This document shows, one piece after another, positions 9,832-18,267 of a stretch of 40,880 bases of DNA. The position numbers and the translations under genes are program-made. The notes beneath the pieces were generated by a model. That model was not told where the DNA came from. It was given only the letters and a program-made list of their open reading frames with translations, and did not search any database. The stretch comes from a virus (taxonomy: Duplodnaviria > Caudoviricetes). The stretch spans positions 1-40,880 of IMG/VR virus record IMGVR_UViG_3300032303_000109. One strand, given 5' to 3'. How positions within the stretch are numbered: the stretch's first letter is position 1; each line of letters opens with the position of its first letter.

Positions 9832-10496
9832 TATACCTGCCCTTCACTGAAAGGATCCACAGAGGACCAATCTAGAATAGATGAGCCTTCTTCCTGAAAC
9901 TCTTGATTAGTTGCAAATACATCAGACATAGCCGTTTCATATACTGTGTTGGAGTATACGTTAGATACACTATAACGATCTTCAATAGCATCGATTTCGG
10001 CATTGCCTGTTTCGAAACGTTCGTTAGAGTATTCCCATACCTCACAAGAAAGATCCCAGGTCTGTAAATCCCCCATCTGATAAAATACTGCTGTGTTATT
10101 AACATACTTAATAACAAAGATACGTTTCATCATCGTAGAATATACAAGATCCCCTTCACGAGGCCTTTGAATATCTGCTCTTTTTGTTGCAATTTCTGTG
10201 CCAAAAGCTCTGCGAGAAACTGTAAAAGTAACCTGATCTCTAATTTCTAAATTGAACTTAGATAAGAATGTGCCGTCTCCCTCGTAGGAGTCGTATGATT
10301 TAATATACATATCAAATTCATATGCTGTTCTATATGTAGAGAGACTATCCTCTCCATAGATATCATCTTTCTTAACTAGCTCTCTAGGCAGATAATAAAC
10401 AGTGTGTCCATAGATAGACAGAGTCTCTGTTACAAGAGACTCAACTAAGTCTTGCTCAGCATAGTTATTATAATTTTCAAAATAAACACTTGGCAT
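9831..10496 (-). CDS. gp14: Neck protein gp14
   Basis: Motifs EQDLVESLV.E...IYG..VYYLPR, GED, SKF.LEIRD, RPREGDL, FYQMG, CE.WEYS, DPFSE. Confidence 0.95.
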   Translation of the reverse strand: MPSVYFENYNNYAEQDLVESLVTETLSIYGHTVYYLPRELVKKDDIYGEDSLSTYRTAYEFDMYIKSYDSYEGDGTFLSKFNLEIRDQVTFTVSRRAFGTEIATKRADIQRPREGDLVYSTMMKRIFVIKYVNNTAVFYQMGDLQTWDLSCEVWEYSNERFETGNAEIDAIEDRYSVSNVYSNTVYETAMSDVFATNQEFQEEGSSILDWSSVDPFSEGQV

Positions 10497-10501
10497 TTAT
10501 T

Positions 10502-11248
10502 CTAGCCCACCATGTCTGAAACAGGTAATGAATAGCTAGAAATCATTTCTTGTTCCATCTTATCTATTTCTTGCTTAGCATCTGATAGTATACGCTCTCC
10601 GTTAAACTGTACACCGCCTGGAAGGCTTACGCCTGAAAATTTAGTTAGGTTGGATCCCCACTGATATTTGATCTTCTCTACAGTATAGTTCTGTAACCAG
10701 CGGTCTGACCATACCTGCTCCCACATATCGGGATCAACTACTTCATACGCCTCTATAATAAGATACTCGCCTACTTTAACTTTTTGCATCCAATCCATAT
10801 CGATATACACGCGGTTCTTGTGTCGATTAAATCTAATCTGTTGCTGACCAACAAGAAGCTCTGTTATAAGAGATAGATGTTCCATGGTCATGTAATACGG
10901 TACCATAGATACAGATGTAAGAGAATATAGATCGTTTAAAGCAATCTGATAACGAATATTAAAAAGATCGTCAGAACGAACGATCGGATCCGCAATAGGA
11001 AATACTCTTATAGCACCAATAATATTCTCAGGTAATGTAATATATTTATCCTGCTTAGTCTGATCTGTTACTTGGTGTTTGTAGTAGATTTTATCAGTAC
11101 CATCGAAGTGGTAATCCCAATAATAACGCAGAGCTTCATCAATACGATCATCAACTTGATCATCATCCACGTTGATTTCTATGACAGGCTTACCTAGTTT
11201 ACGAAGGCAATACTCTTTAAATTCAGTTCTAGAAGTTGGAACAGCCAT
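10502..11248 (-). CDS. gp13: Neck protein gp13
   Basis: Motifs KEYCLRKLGKPVIEINVDDDQVDDRIDEAL, HFDG, WGSNLTKFSGVSLPGGVQFNGE. Confidence 0.96.
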   Translation of the reverse strand: MAVPTSRTEFKEYCLRKLGKPVIEINVDDDQVDDRIDEALRYYWDYHFDGTDKIYYKHQVTDQTKQDKYITLPENIIGAIRVFPIADPIVRSDDLFNIRYQIALNDLYSLTSVSMVPYYMTMEHLSLITELLVGQQQIRFNRHKNRVYIDMDWMQKVKVGEYLIIEAYEVVDPDMWEQVWSDRWLQNYTVEKIKYQWGSNLTKFSGVSLPGGVQFNGERILSDAKQEIDKMEQEMISSYSLPVSDMVG

Positions 11249-11274
11249 ATTATTATCCTAGTATTGGTTTATAT

Positions 11275-11282
11275 TATTTATA
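11275..11282 (-). promoter_or_regulatory. T4 late promoter (TATAAATA) for the gp13-gp17 operon
   Basis: Exact motif about 27 nt upstream of the gp13 ATG. Confidence 0.85.
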
Positions 11283-11303
11283 ATAGAGCTGATCAAAGAA
11301 TTA

Positions 11304-11915
11304 TTATGCTACGAAGTTTGGTTTGATAAGCATATCTTCGCTATAATGAGCTTCGATTTTTGCGATTAGCTCAGGCGTAATATCACCAGCCATTCTCACA
11401 GTGGATTGATTGACTACAGGAATATCTACTGTGCCGCCATATTTGGTTATGATACTTGCAATAGATTCAGACAAATTATTATAATCAATTATTTGTATAC
11501 GAGGTATTGATAATATATGCGATTGAGGTCTAAACATAGGTAAACTAAACAGGAGCCATTGCATATCTATTATATCTTCATACGTAATATCTTCTACATT
11601 TTTATTTAAGGCAGGTTCGAAAATAGAATATAACTCTTTATTTTGTTTTATAAGATTACATGTAGATATAAATCTATCGACAGGATTTCTATAAATTCCG
11701 TATATATCGTAAAATTCTGCATGATACGAATTGTAATAATTAAAAGGCATATTTCCAAAAATACCAACCGAAGGTATATTCATAAATTTAATACGAGAAA
11801 CACTATCCGTATCGGGATTTATTAGACCACTTTCTCTTATTGCAAGATTAAAAGCGCTGGATCCTGTTCTTACACTTTTTAGTACAATAAATTTATGAGA
11901 ATTACATATAATCAT
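11304..11915 (-). CDS. Sulfotransferase family (Sulfotransfer_2-like) protein
   Basis: N-terminus MIICNSHKFIVLKSVRTGSSA resembles the 5'-PAPS-binding (K/R)T(A/G)xxS loop; 3'-phosphate motif YRNPVDRFIS; FRPQS; C-terminal Y.ED. Confidence 0.75.
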   Translation of the reverse strand: MIICNSHKFIVLKSVRTGSSAFNLAIRESGLINPDTDSVSRIKFMNIPSVGIFGNMPFNYYNSYHAEFYDIYGIYRNPVDRFISTCNLIKQNKELYSIFEPALNKNVEDITYEDIIDMQWLLFSLPMFRPQSHILSIPRIQIIDYNNLSESIASIITKYGGTVDIPVVNQSTVRMAGDITPELIAKIEAHYSEDMLIKPNFVA

Positions 11916-13717
11916 ATACTATACAGGCTCCTTGATAAAAGTGTCTCAGAAGAGGGTGAAGCATTACTAGATATAGTTGTAAAACTTAACGATGTTGCTG
12001 TAAGCGAGGGGGTTACAACGCTCGGTAACGTACTGGGCGCGATATCAACTATTCCAGTAACACCACCACCTGTTTGAGTAGTATGATTAGCAACAACAGA
12101 TTTTAATAAATAAGGGCCAGATACTATATCATTAGAAGGGTCGTTAAATTCATTCGGGTAATAACCAGTACCATAAAAATCTGCTTTTATATTAGTTATT
12201 CTTCTAGTGGAATTATTATCGATAACTCCCTTACGACTAAGTTGTGCCACTGTAGTACTATATGGCAACAATCGGTTAGAATAATATATGTTTGCATCGT
12301 ACCCAGATAAAGACCATTTATAAATGTAATTAGTGGGGAAACTTATTGAAGAGTTGCTGTTTGGTTGCATTATTAATAAGTTGTCACCCTTTATTTTAAA
12401 GTTATTTTTATAACCATCGAAACCGTAATATGCATCTGAAGAATTAGCACCGAATGAGTATTTAAAAATACCTACATTAGTGTTGTATGATTCTCCGTAG
12501 ATCCTTTGACCATTTGATGTTCTCTGTTTATTTACATGAACGGTTCCATACGGCCCGAAACGGTTTGTTGCAGTGTATAATAAAGAATTATCATTATCTA
12601 TTGCCAATGTTGGTTGACCGAAATCTTGATAAGTAGTATCGAATGTATTCGTAAACCCCCATAAGTAAACACCGCTAGAGTCGTATTTAAAAGATTTCCT
12701 TTTGTTGTAGCCACCGTAACCATCATCATACATTTGAGAATGTGTCCAGTAAACATTACCAGATGCATCACATATCGCATCAGTATATGTTGGGTCCCAT
12801 CTCGGACCTGCATAATTAAATGGTTCGCCTTCATAATACTTACACCAAGATACAGAGGCAGTACTTCCTGCGTCTGATAATTTAATAACAGTTCTACGAT
12901 CTGTTACAAGTATATTTCCGTAAGTATCACTCTTCATCACACCGTCTATAAGACGATAGCCTGTACTGGTTATCGACCCTAAACCGGTACTAGAGTTAGC
13001 AGTATAAGTTGGACCTGTATATGTTTGGGATAATGTGATAGTCGTATTTGTTGCACCAACAGAAACAGCTGTCAATCTTGTATCATACGGTAGTGTAGGA
13101 CCTCCAGAACTGGTTAATGTCATTACCGCTCCTATAACCCAATAATAAGGAAAGGGGCCTGCCAGAGAATTCGGTGTTCCGGTTATTTGATTACTATTAT
13201 TAGTTAAAGTTCCATAAAAAGAGAAGGTATTATAAGAAAGGGTAATAATAGGATTTGTGTCATACTGCCAAACAATATTACCACTAGAATCTAGTTTGAA
13301 AAAAACATTATTAGGTACAGATAAGAATATATTAGATGATGCGCCTACACTTAATGTTGAGTAAGCGCGACCTGTTACAGCTAGCTGTTTTCCCCATTGA
13401 AAAATACCTGTGGAGTTAAATTTTTCAATATTAACATAATTGTCGCCTGTGTATGCAATGTATACATTATAGGATGTATCAACTATAATACTACTGATTA
13501 TAGCTGTTGTATCGTATAGACTTTTTTGCCATACAAGAGATGGTCCAGTATTATTAATTTTAGCAAAGTAATTTCTAGAAGCAACATAGATATTATTTTG
13601 ATCATCAAGATCGGCACTGCAATATAAAGAATCTGGCTGACTCCCGGTTGTTAATCCTCCAAACCAAACTTTGCTTTGCGAGGGTCGGAATGCACTATTG
13701 CTAAAATTTAATGACAT
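11912..13717 (-). CDS. Beta-propeller-like fibre tip/adhesin protein (cassette B)
   Basis: Repeated D.xxNIY/VY and K(F/L/Y)(D/N)SxG.xxW motifs; S/T/N/Y-rich; directly downstream of a fibre gene. Confidence 0.6.
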   Translation of the reverse strand: MSLNFSNSAFRPSQSKVWFGGLTTGSQPDSLYCSADLDDQNNIYVASRNYFAKINNTGPSLVWQKSLYDTTAIISSIIVDTSYNVYIAYTGDNYVNIEKFNSTGIFQWGKQLAVTGRAYSTLSVGASSNIFLSVPNNVFFKLDSSGNIVWQYDTNPIITLSYNTFSFYGTLTNNSNQITGTPNSLAGPFPYYWVIGAVMTLTSSGGPTLPYDTRLTAVSVGATNTTITLSQTYTGPTYTANSSTGLGSITSTGYRLIDGVMKSDTYGNILVTDRRTVIKLSDAGSTASVSWCKYYEGEPFNYAGPRWDPTYTDAICDASGNVYWTHSQMYDDGYGGYNKRKSFKYDSSGVYLWGFTNTFDTTYQDFGQPTLAIDNDNSLLYTATNRFGPYGTVHVNKQRTSNGQRIYGESYNTNVGIFKYSFGANSSDAYYGFDGYKNNFKIKGDNLLIMQPNSNSSISFPTNYIYKWSLSGYDANIYYSNRLLPYSTTVAQLSRKGVIDNNSTRRITNIKADFYGTGYYPNEFNDPSNDIVSGPYLLKSVVANHTTQTGGGVTGIVDIAPSTLPSVVTPSLTATSLSFTTISSNASPSSETLLSRSLYSI

Positions 13718-13719
13718 AA

Positions 13720-16095
13720 TTAAGCTACAAATCCTACTGCTAGCCAGTATATTGTTCTAGTTGCGCCCGTGCGAACCTCAAACTGTGTATTAGTCTGATT
13801 GGCAACAGCCGTACCTAATGTTGTTGCATAGGTAGCAGTATACGGGGTAGCTATTACTCCCATAACACCTCCTGTAAATGTTTTAGGGTAAGATACGACC
13901 ACACCTGCAGTACCCGCACTGACTGTTCCCCATTGCAATAGCAAGTTATTTGGTAACAGGCAGTAACCTGATGAAGATGTTCTATCTACAAACCCAGTAG
14001 CAAACCCCCCTCCAGATAAACCAAGAGACAATAAAGTACCCGTAATATTAGCATTACCTACGACACTAAGCGGAGCGATTGGACTTGTATTACCAATACC
14101 TACGCTACCACTAGGTGCAACGTATATAGAAGTGAAGTTATTATTATTAGCAGCAAATGATAAACTATTACCGCTAGCAGCATACATCCCGTATGGTGCT
14201 ACGGTTACTTGCTGTGTAGAGTTAGATACTATGATATTATTCGTATTAGATACAAAAGTACCAGCTAGTGTTAGAGTATTAGATGTTTTATCAAAAGTTA
14301 AACCAGTAGCACCGTTTAAGTCGCCAGCATCGTTGAACTGTACCTCTTTATTATTTCCACCCGGTGTACCTTTAGAGCCAGAATATCCTACAGAACCATT
14401 AAATCCTACAGAACCATTAAATCCTGTAGAGCCATTATAACCAGCTCCAGTAGAACCTGTAAAGCCAACAGAACCATCAAATCCTCTAGAACCATCAAAT
14501 CCTGTAGAACCATTGAAACCAGTAGAACCATTGAAACCAGTAGAACCTGCATAACCTAATGAACCCGTATATCCAGGAGCAGTTGAAGCAGATCCCGTAT
14601 AACCAACAGAACCTGCATAACCTAATGAACCCGTATATCCAGGAGCAGTTGAAGCAGATCCCGTATAACCAACAGAGCCGTTAAATCCCGTAAAACCAGT
14701 AAAACCAATTCCGCCCTGCTCGCCACGAGAACCTGTATAGCCAATAGAACCAGTATAACCAATAGAGCCATCGAAACCAGTAGAACCATTAAAACCAGTA
14801 GAGCCTGCATAACCTACAGAACCCGTATATCCTATTGAACCAGTATAACCTATAGATCCTGTATAGCCGAGACTACCTCTAGACCCTGCATACCCTGTAT
14901 CTCCCTTATCACCAGTTCTTGCAAAGGTTATAATAATACCTAAAGAGTCAGTAAATGATGTAGCACCGTTCAACCAAGCAACCGGTACATCATAGTGATC
15001 TACGTGCTCAGTATGAAAACCATTAATAGAAAAATACGCAAAATTACGTGTATTTGCTTTTTCTGTTACAGTGAAAGTACCTTTAATAACTGATGTAGAG
15101 TCGTCGATTGTCTGTAGGTAATTATAGTTGTTTAATGCAAAAGCGTCAACATAGTTAATATATAGAGTATTTGCTACTGTTAGATTGGTATTATTGAACT
15201 TCATAATACCTGTTGCTACAACATCATCAGTAGCTATTTTATAAGTGTAGTCGAAAGCAGCGCCGCCGAAATCTCCTTTAGGACCAATAGATCCAGTATA
15301 ACCAGTAGAACCATTAAAGCCGGTAGAGCCTGCATAACCAACAGAACCTGTATAACCAACAGAACCTGTATAACCAACAGAACCTGCATAACCTATTGAT
15401 CCAGTGTAACCAGTAGAACCATTAAATCCAGTAGAACCCGCATAACCAATAGAGCCAGTATAACCGTTAGAACCATTAAAGCCTGCAGAACCCGCATATC
15501 CTATCGAACCCGCATAACCAATAGAACCTGTATAACCAGTAGAGCCTGTATATCCTTGAGATCCGGTATAGCCAATAGATCCGGTATAGCCAATAGATCC
15601 TGTATATCCAGTAGAACCTGTATAACCAGTAGATCCTGTATATCCTTGAGAACCAGTATAGCCAGTAGAACCTGTATAACCAGTAGATCCTGTATATCCT
15701 TGAGAACCAGTATAGCCAGTAGATCCTGTATAGCCCTGTGATCCTGTGTAGCCAATAGAACCGGTATATCCTGTTGATCCTGTGTAGCCAATAGAGCCGG
15801 TATAGCCAATAGATCCTGTATATCCAGTAGAGCCGATATATCCTGTTGATCCTGTATACCCTATAGAACCTGTATAGCCTAATGAACCTGCATATCCTGC
15901 GGCAGTTGAAGCAGAACCTGTATATCCAGTACCTGATCCCCAATAACGACGTCCATCTGTATCAGATAGAAGAGCCTGTCCGTTACTAGCTGGTAACCCT
16001 AAATTAGACTCTACCTGGGTAGGGACAATAAACCCATTAGCCTGACTAAGACCTGTTGTAGCAGGAATCTGACCTGATAAAAATGAAAACCCCAT
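13720..16095 (-). CDS. Gly-X-Y (GYTGS-type) repeat tail fibre with gp53-like C-terminal domain (cassette B)
   Basis: Long G-[YF]-[TAN]-G-S-x tracts, PGG...EVQFND.G motif, SVGIGN.SP, and C-terminal GYCLLPNNLLLQWG...YP..F fibre domain. Confidence 0.75.
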   Translation of the reverse strand: MGFSFLSGQIPATTGLSQANGFIVPTQVESNLGLPASNGQALLSDTDGRRYWGSGTGYTGSASTAAGYAGSLGYTGSIGYTGSTGYIGSTGYTGSIGYTGSIGYTGSTGYTGSIGYTGSQGYTGSTGYTGSQGYTGSTGYTGSTGYTGSQGYTGSTGYTGSTGYTGSIGYTGSIGYTGSQGYTGSTGYTGSIGYAGSIGYAGSAGFNGSNGYTGSIGYAGSTGFNGSTGYTGSIGYAGSVGYTGSVGYTGSVGYAGSTGFNGSTGYTGSIGPKGDFGGAAFDYTYKIATDDVVATGIMKFNNTNLTVANTLYINYVDAFALNNYNYLQTIDDSTSVIKGTFTVTEKANTRNFAYFSINGFHTEHVDHYDVPVAWLNGATSFTDSLGIIITFARTGDKGDTGYAGSRGSLGYTGSIGYTGSIGYTGSVGYAGSTGFNGSTGFDGSIGYTGSIGYTGSRGEQGGIGFTGFTGFNGSVGYTGSASTAPGYTGSLGYAGSVGYTGSASTAPGYTGSLGYAGSTGFNGSTGFNGSTGFDGSRGFDGSVGFTGSTGAGYNGSTGFNGSVGFNGSVGYSGSKGTPGGNNKEVQFNDAGDLNGATGLTFDKTSNTLTLAGTFVSNTNNIIVSNSTQQVTVAPYGMYAASGNSLSFAANNNNFTSIYVAPSGSVGIGNTSPIAPLSVVGNANITGTLLSLGLSGGGFATGFVDRTSSSGYCLLPNNLLLQWGTVSAGTAGVVVSYPKTFTGGVMGVIATPYTATYATTLGTAVANQTNTQFEVRTGATRTIYWLAVGFVA
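14368..15930 (-). repeat. Coding 18-bp degenerate tandem repeat (G-[YF]-x-G-S-x), interrupted by a globular domain at about 14900-15270; includes a perfect 66-bp duplication at 14542-14673
   Basis: Visible in both DNA and translation. Confidence 0.9.
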
Positions 16096-16562
16096 TATAC
16101 CACCCCAATATGTTCACTAGATAGTTTTTCTTCAGCAGCCGCCCATACATCAAAAACATTTGCAGTCTCTGCACGTATCTGTATTTTATCCCCGGATATA
16201 CTGTTCGAATCTCTTTTAAATAAGCTTCTTCCTTGAATAGGAATAAAGGCTGTATCATATGCTGGTACAGATATTTTACCAAAGCTAACGGTGTTACCAT
16301 CTTCGCCAAGCAGAATAACTTCAATCCACTTGGTCGCTGCAGTTTTATTTCTGGCAGCAAGCGGTGTAATGAAAAACACTTCACCAGGTCTGATAGCTCT
16401 TGTAGCATCATCAGGGTCTCTACTTGCATAATTCTCTGCAGGGTCCGGAACTGAAAAATCTGGTGCTTCCGTAATAGAAGTATAGTTTACAGGAACATTT
16501 ACTATATATGCGTTAAAAGCTCTGCCTGTTGATGGGGTCTTACATATAATTCTTATTGCCAC
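16095..16562 (-). CDS. Small beta-sandwich-like structural protein (cassette B), paralogue of 29604-30038
   Basis: 155 aa; similar layout and motifs (AARNKT vs IITNTT, ISVPAYD vs IPPND, SGDKIQI vs SGEKLEV). Confidence 0.65.
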   Translation of the reverse strand: MAIRIICKTPSTGRAFNAYIVNVPVNYTSITEAPDFSVPDPAENYASRDPDDATRAIRPGEVFFITPLAARNKTAATKWIEVILLGEDGNTVSFGKISVPAYDTAFIPIQGRSLFKRDSNSISGDKIQIRAETANVFDVWAAAEEKLSSEHIGVV

Positions 16563-16564
16563 GA

Positions 16565-18193
16565 TTAAAAACTCCTTGAAATAGCTGTCTTTGTAGCTAT
16601 TCTGTTAACTGCTTGATCGAATGGCGGACCACTTAGTTCGCCTGTATCTGCGTTAATTTCTAGACCTCCCACAAAAACAGCGTTACCCTGATCATCCTGA
16701 CCAGATGCAATAATAGTACCGCTATTTATTTCTAGGATACTATCCTGAATACGAGCGCTGTTCTTTACAGGAGGTATTTTAGTTAACGCCACACCTGCCA
16801 TTACCCCTGTAAATGTATGACCAATAGCTGTAATAACAGAAGGTTCAACTCTTAATGATGGTGTATTAATAGATGTAGTAAGTGCGGTAACAAGATTAGC
16901 AACAATTACATCTGCGTTAGCATTAACAGCTGCGAGAGCTTGTATTTGATCTCGCATGTTTTGGAATGAATATACGAATGCTGCTTTTTTATCTGGTGTA
17001 AAAACTGTATTACCGTTATAATCATAAAGACCCTTTGCAAAGTCAAGCATCGGCTTTTCATTTGCAGACTGGAGAGTCCAGATCATTGTCTGTAGAAATG
17101 TATTTGCATCTCTTCTAGTATAAGCTTCATCTTCAGCATTCCAGGTTGAGGTATAACCTCGTGATACTAGATTGCTCCAAAGTGTATTAATAATAGTCGA
17201 ACGCGCATTGTTTACAGCATTCGCTGCATTAGCTTGCGGGGTTAAGTTAATAGCTACTTCTTGAGGAGAAAGAATATTACGACTACCATCAGCTACAAGA
17301 GTATAATCTCCGAACTGTGTGGAACAAGCTGATAAAATAATCTGCCCACCACTCAAGGCATAAAAATGCTTATGACACCAAATACTGACTGCGTTAACTG
17401 CGTTAATGAGCGCTCCATTCTTAGCACAGTAACCAATACCATTATGCGAAACAGGGGTTGCACCCCATGTCATAATGTTTGGATATATACTATATGGAGA
17501 GCAAACAGCACCATCTGCTAATGCGACGCCAGCACCCCGACCAATATATGGATTAGCATTCGCACGATCAAGCGGCGGCGCAATATAAGTCCAGGTAGGC
17601 GGTACACGAACAGCAATCTTGTGTGCGTATGGTGCTCTTGTAATAATAGCGCCAGGTCTAAACGAAATAGCAAACCCCTCTGATGGGTTATCTAGATCAT
17701 CAATACGCCAACCTTCAAATAGAGGGCCTTCAATAAAACAACCAGAACCCATACGAAATACATTTTGCTCTTCATAGCCTGGGTTTGGTTTAAAGATAAC
17801 AGTTCTATGTACGGCACGAATCATACAATTATCTGGCATATTTAAATGCCCGTTAGTATAATAAACACCGGGACCAATATCAATTAAAGTAAGGTCGTTT
17901 CTAGCCGTTGCTAGTACAAGAGCTCTTTCAACAGTAGCAAGCGGGCGATCCCAAGACGAACCGTCATAAGTATCCAAACCATTTGTAGATACAAATAATG
18001 CATTACCTACAGGAATCTTACTTACGAATTCTACTATTTCTTGAACAGGAGAGTTATTTACGGTATGATTAATCTTAGCAAATATCTTACCGTCACTAAT
18101 ATTGATCGCTGGTTCTCCCAGTAACAGATCATTAATACCCGGTTTTCTATCCGGGGTACTAGAGCGTTTGAGAAGAATTGTGTTATTTGCCAT
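16565..18193 (-). CDS. Beta-helix (pectin-lyase-like) virion protein with N-terminal fibre-anchor motif and globin/phycobiliprotein-like insert (cassette B)
   Basis: N-terminus TILLKRSSTP...P...L.LGE.AINISDGKIF; FVSTNG.D..DG.S...P.ATV..AL; I.IGPGVY; GFAISFRPGA.ITRAPY; GIGY; clearly paralogous to 30042-32120. Confidence 0.7.
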   Translation of the reverse strand: MANNTILLKRSSTPDRKPGINDLLLGEPAINISDGKIFAKINHTVNNSPVQEIVEFVSKIPVGNALFVSTNGLDTYDGSSWDRPLATVERALVLATARNDLTLIDIGPGVYYTNGHLNMPDNCMIRAVHRTVIFKPNPGYEEQNVFRMGSGCFIEGPLFEGWRIDDLDNPSEGFAISFRPGAIITRAPYAHKIAVRVPPTWTYIAPPLDRANANPYIGRGAGVALADGAVCSPYSIYPNIMTWGATPVSHNGIGYCAKNGALINAVNAVSIWCHKHFYALSGGQIILSACSTQFGDYTLVADGSRNILSPQEVAINLTPQANAANAVNNARSTIINTLWSNLVSRGYTSTWNAEDEAYTRRDANTFLQTMIWTLQSANEKPMLDFAKGLYDYNGNTVFTPDKKAAFVYSFQNMRDQIQALAAVNANADVIVANLVTALTTSINTPSLRVEPSVITAIGHTFTGVMAGVALTKIPPVKNSARIQDSILEINSGTIIASGQDDQGNAVFVGGLEINADTGELSGPPFDQAVNRIATKTAISRSF

Positions 18194-18203
18194 TATGTTC
18201 TCT

Positions 18204-18211
18204 TATAAATA
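18204..18211 (+). promoter_or_regulatory. T4 late promoter (TATAAATA) on the plus strand, driving the glycosyltransferase
   Basis: Exact motif about 57 nt upstream of the GT start. Confidence 0.75.
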
Positions 18212-18237
18212 CCCAGTAAGTGGTAGTTCGTTTGTTT

Positions 18238-18245
18238 TATTTATA
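18238..18245 (-). promoter_or_regulatory. T4 late promoter (TATAAATA) driving fibre cassette B
   Basis: Exact motif about 45 nt upstream of the ATG at 18193. Confidence 0.8.
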
Positions 18246-18267
18246 TATTATTATATCGAGGTGATTG

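Noticed and set aside
14368-15930. Ice-nucleation protein-like repeat (GYTGST versus InaZ AGYGST)
   Set aside because: Period is 6 with Gly every third residue, not the 8/16/48 InaZ period, and the TxT ladders are absent.
15476-15943. Alternative-frame and antisense ORFs over the repeat tracts (e.g. the YRIYWL-rich 155 aa; also 26139-26386, 27237-27467, 14132-14810)
   Set aside because: By-products of stop-free periodic sequence; no SD or promoter support seen.
16565-18193. Diversity-generating retroelement target (Mtd-like N-terminus)
   Set aside because: No reverse transcriptase and no template/variable repeat pair differing at adenines was seen in the window.
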